Below are positions 63,564 to 64,000 of a stretch of DNA of 64,000 nt, in pieces. Numbering within the stretch: position 1 is the stretch's first letter; each line of letters opens with the position of its first letter. Position numbers and translations under genes: made by a program. The stretch covers positions 2,232,001-2,296,000 of the forward strand of contig CM082577.2 in NCBI GenBank assembly GCA_040954595.2, given 5' to 3'. The notes beneath the pieces are model-generated. The model was not told where the DNA came from. It searched no databases and saw nothing but the letters and a program-made list of their open reading frames with translations. The DNA is from Balanoglossus misakiensis (Eukaryota; Animalia; Hemichordata).

Positions 63564-63699
63564 CTTTTATATCTGCTGGATCTACGATCAAGCTATTGTT
63601 AGTCACCCTGCCTGCACGGACATGTCTCACTATAGCGACCTATATATAGATCATGTTGTCCTGACGTCAGCGACAAGTGTGCGCCCTCTAGAGGCCAAT
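63564..63699 (-). promoter_or_regulatory. Core promoter of the VWA gene: TATA box, full CRE and CCAAT
   Basis: Minus-strand TATAAAAG at 63571-63564 (about 120 bp upstream of ATG 63446), palindromic TGACGTCA at 63662-63669, CCAAT at 63695-63699. Confidence 0.55.
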
Positions 63700-64000
63700 C
63701 ATGCTGGAACATGTTCGTGGGGCTTGCGCTGATGATGTCATCGACTGCGTACTATTTTAAGCGCAGCCCTCAGCCATGTCGACGAGAGTATAGAGCAAAA
63801 CAAAGGTAGCTGTCCGCAATAAAAGGCATTGTGGCGCTCCAGTCTCGACACAATCGAACTGTCCGCGGTTCTGACAAGTCAGCAAGAATTTGCCAAGTCA
63901 ACAATCCAGACGCTTAGGCCTATAACCCATAAAGCGTCACAAGATTTTGTGATCAAAAATTTGATATTGAGACTGAAGTTGATTAATATGCCCGGCGCTA

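Overview
Eukaryotic, intron-rich animal genomic DNA, most likely from an invertebrate deuterostome such as a hemichordate (an inference from gene content and repeat style). I assembled 13 protein-coding loci by reading splice sites by hand. In order they are: the 3' part of TMEM94 (+), MRPS7 (-), RSAD1 (+), casein kinase 1 delta/epsilon (+), BUD31 (-), a small AT-hook / ZNF653-ZNF692-N-terminal-like gene (+), an intronless 362-aa orphan ORF (+), an SLC52 riboflavin transporter (-), a four-jointed (FJX1)-like kinase (-), RPS19BP1/AROS (-), CARHSP1/CSDC2 (+), a two-TM orphan (-) and a stand-alone vwkA-type VWA protein (-). Several MITE-like and palindromic repeats are also present. Two structures stand out. 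First, CK1 delta/epsilon has a tandemly duplicated, apparently mutually exclusive exon 6 pair, plus a candidate alternative tail exon. Second, a zinc-finger-less gene has two paralogous alternative first exons, each encoding an AT-hook plus a ribbon-helix-helix-like module. Gene names rest on remembered homologue sequences; no database search was run.
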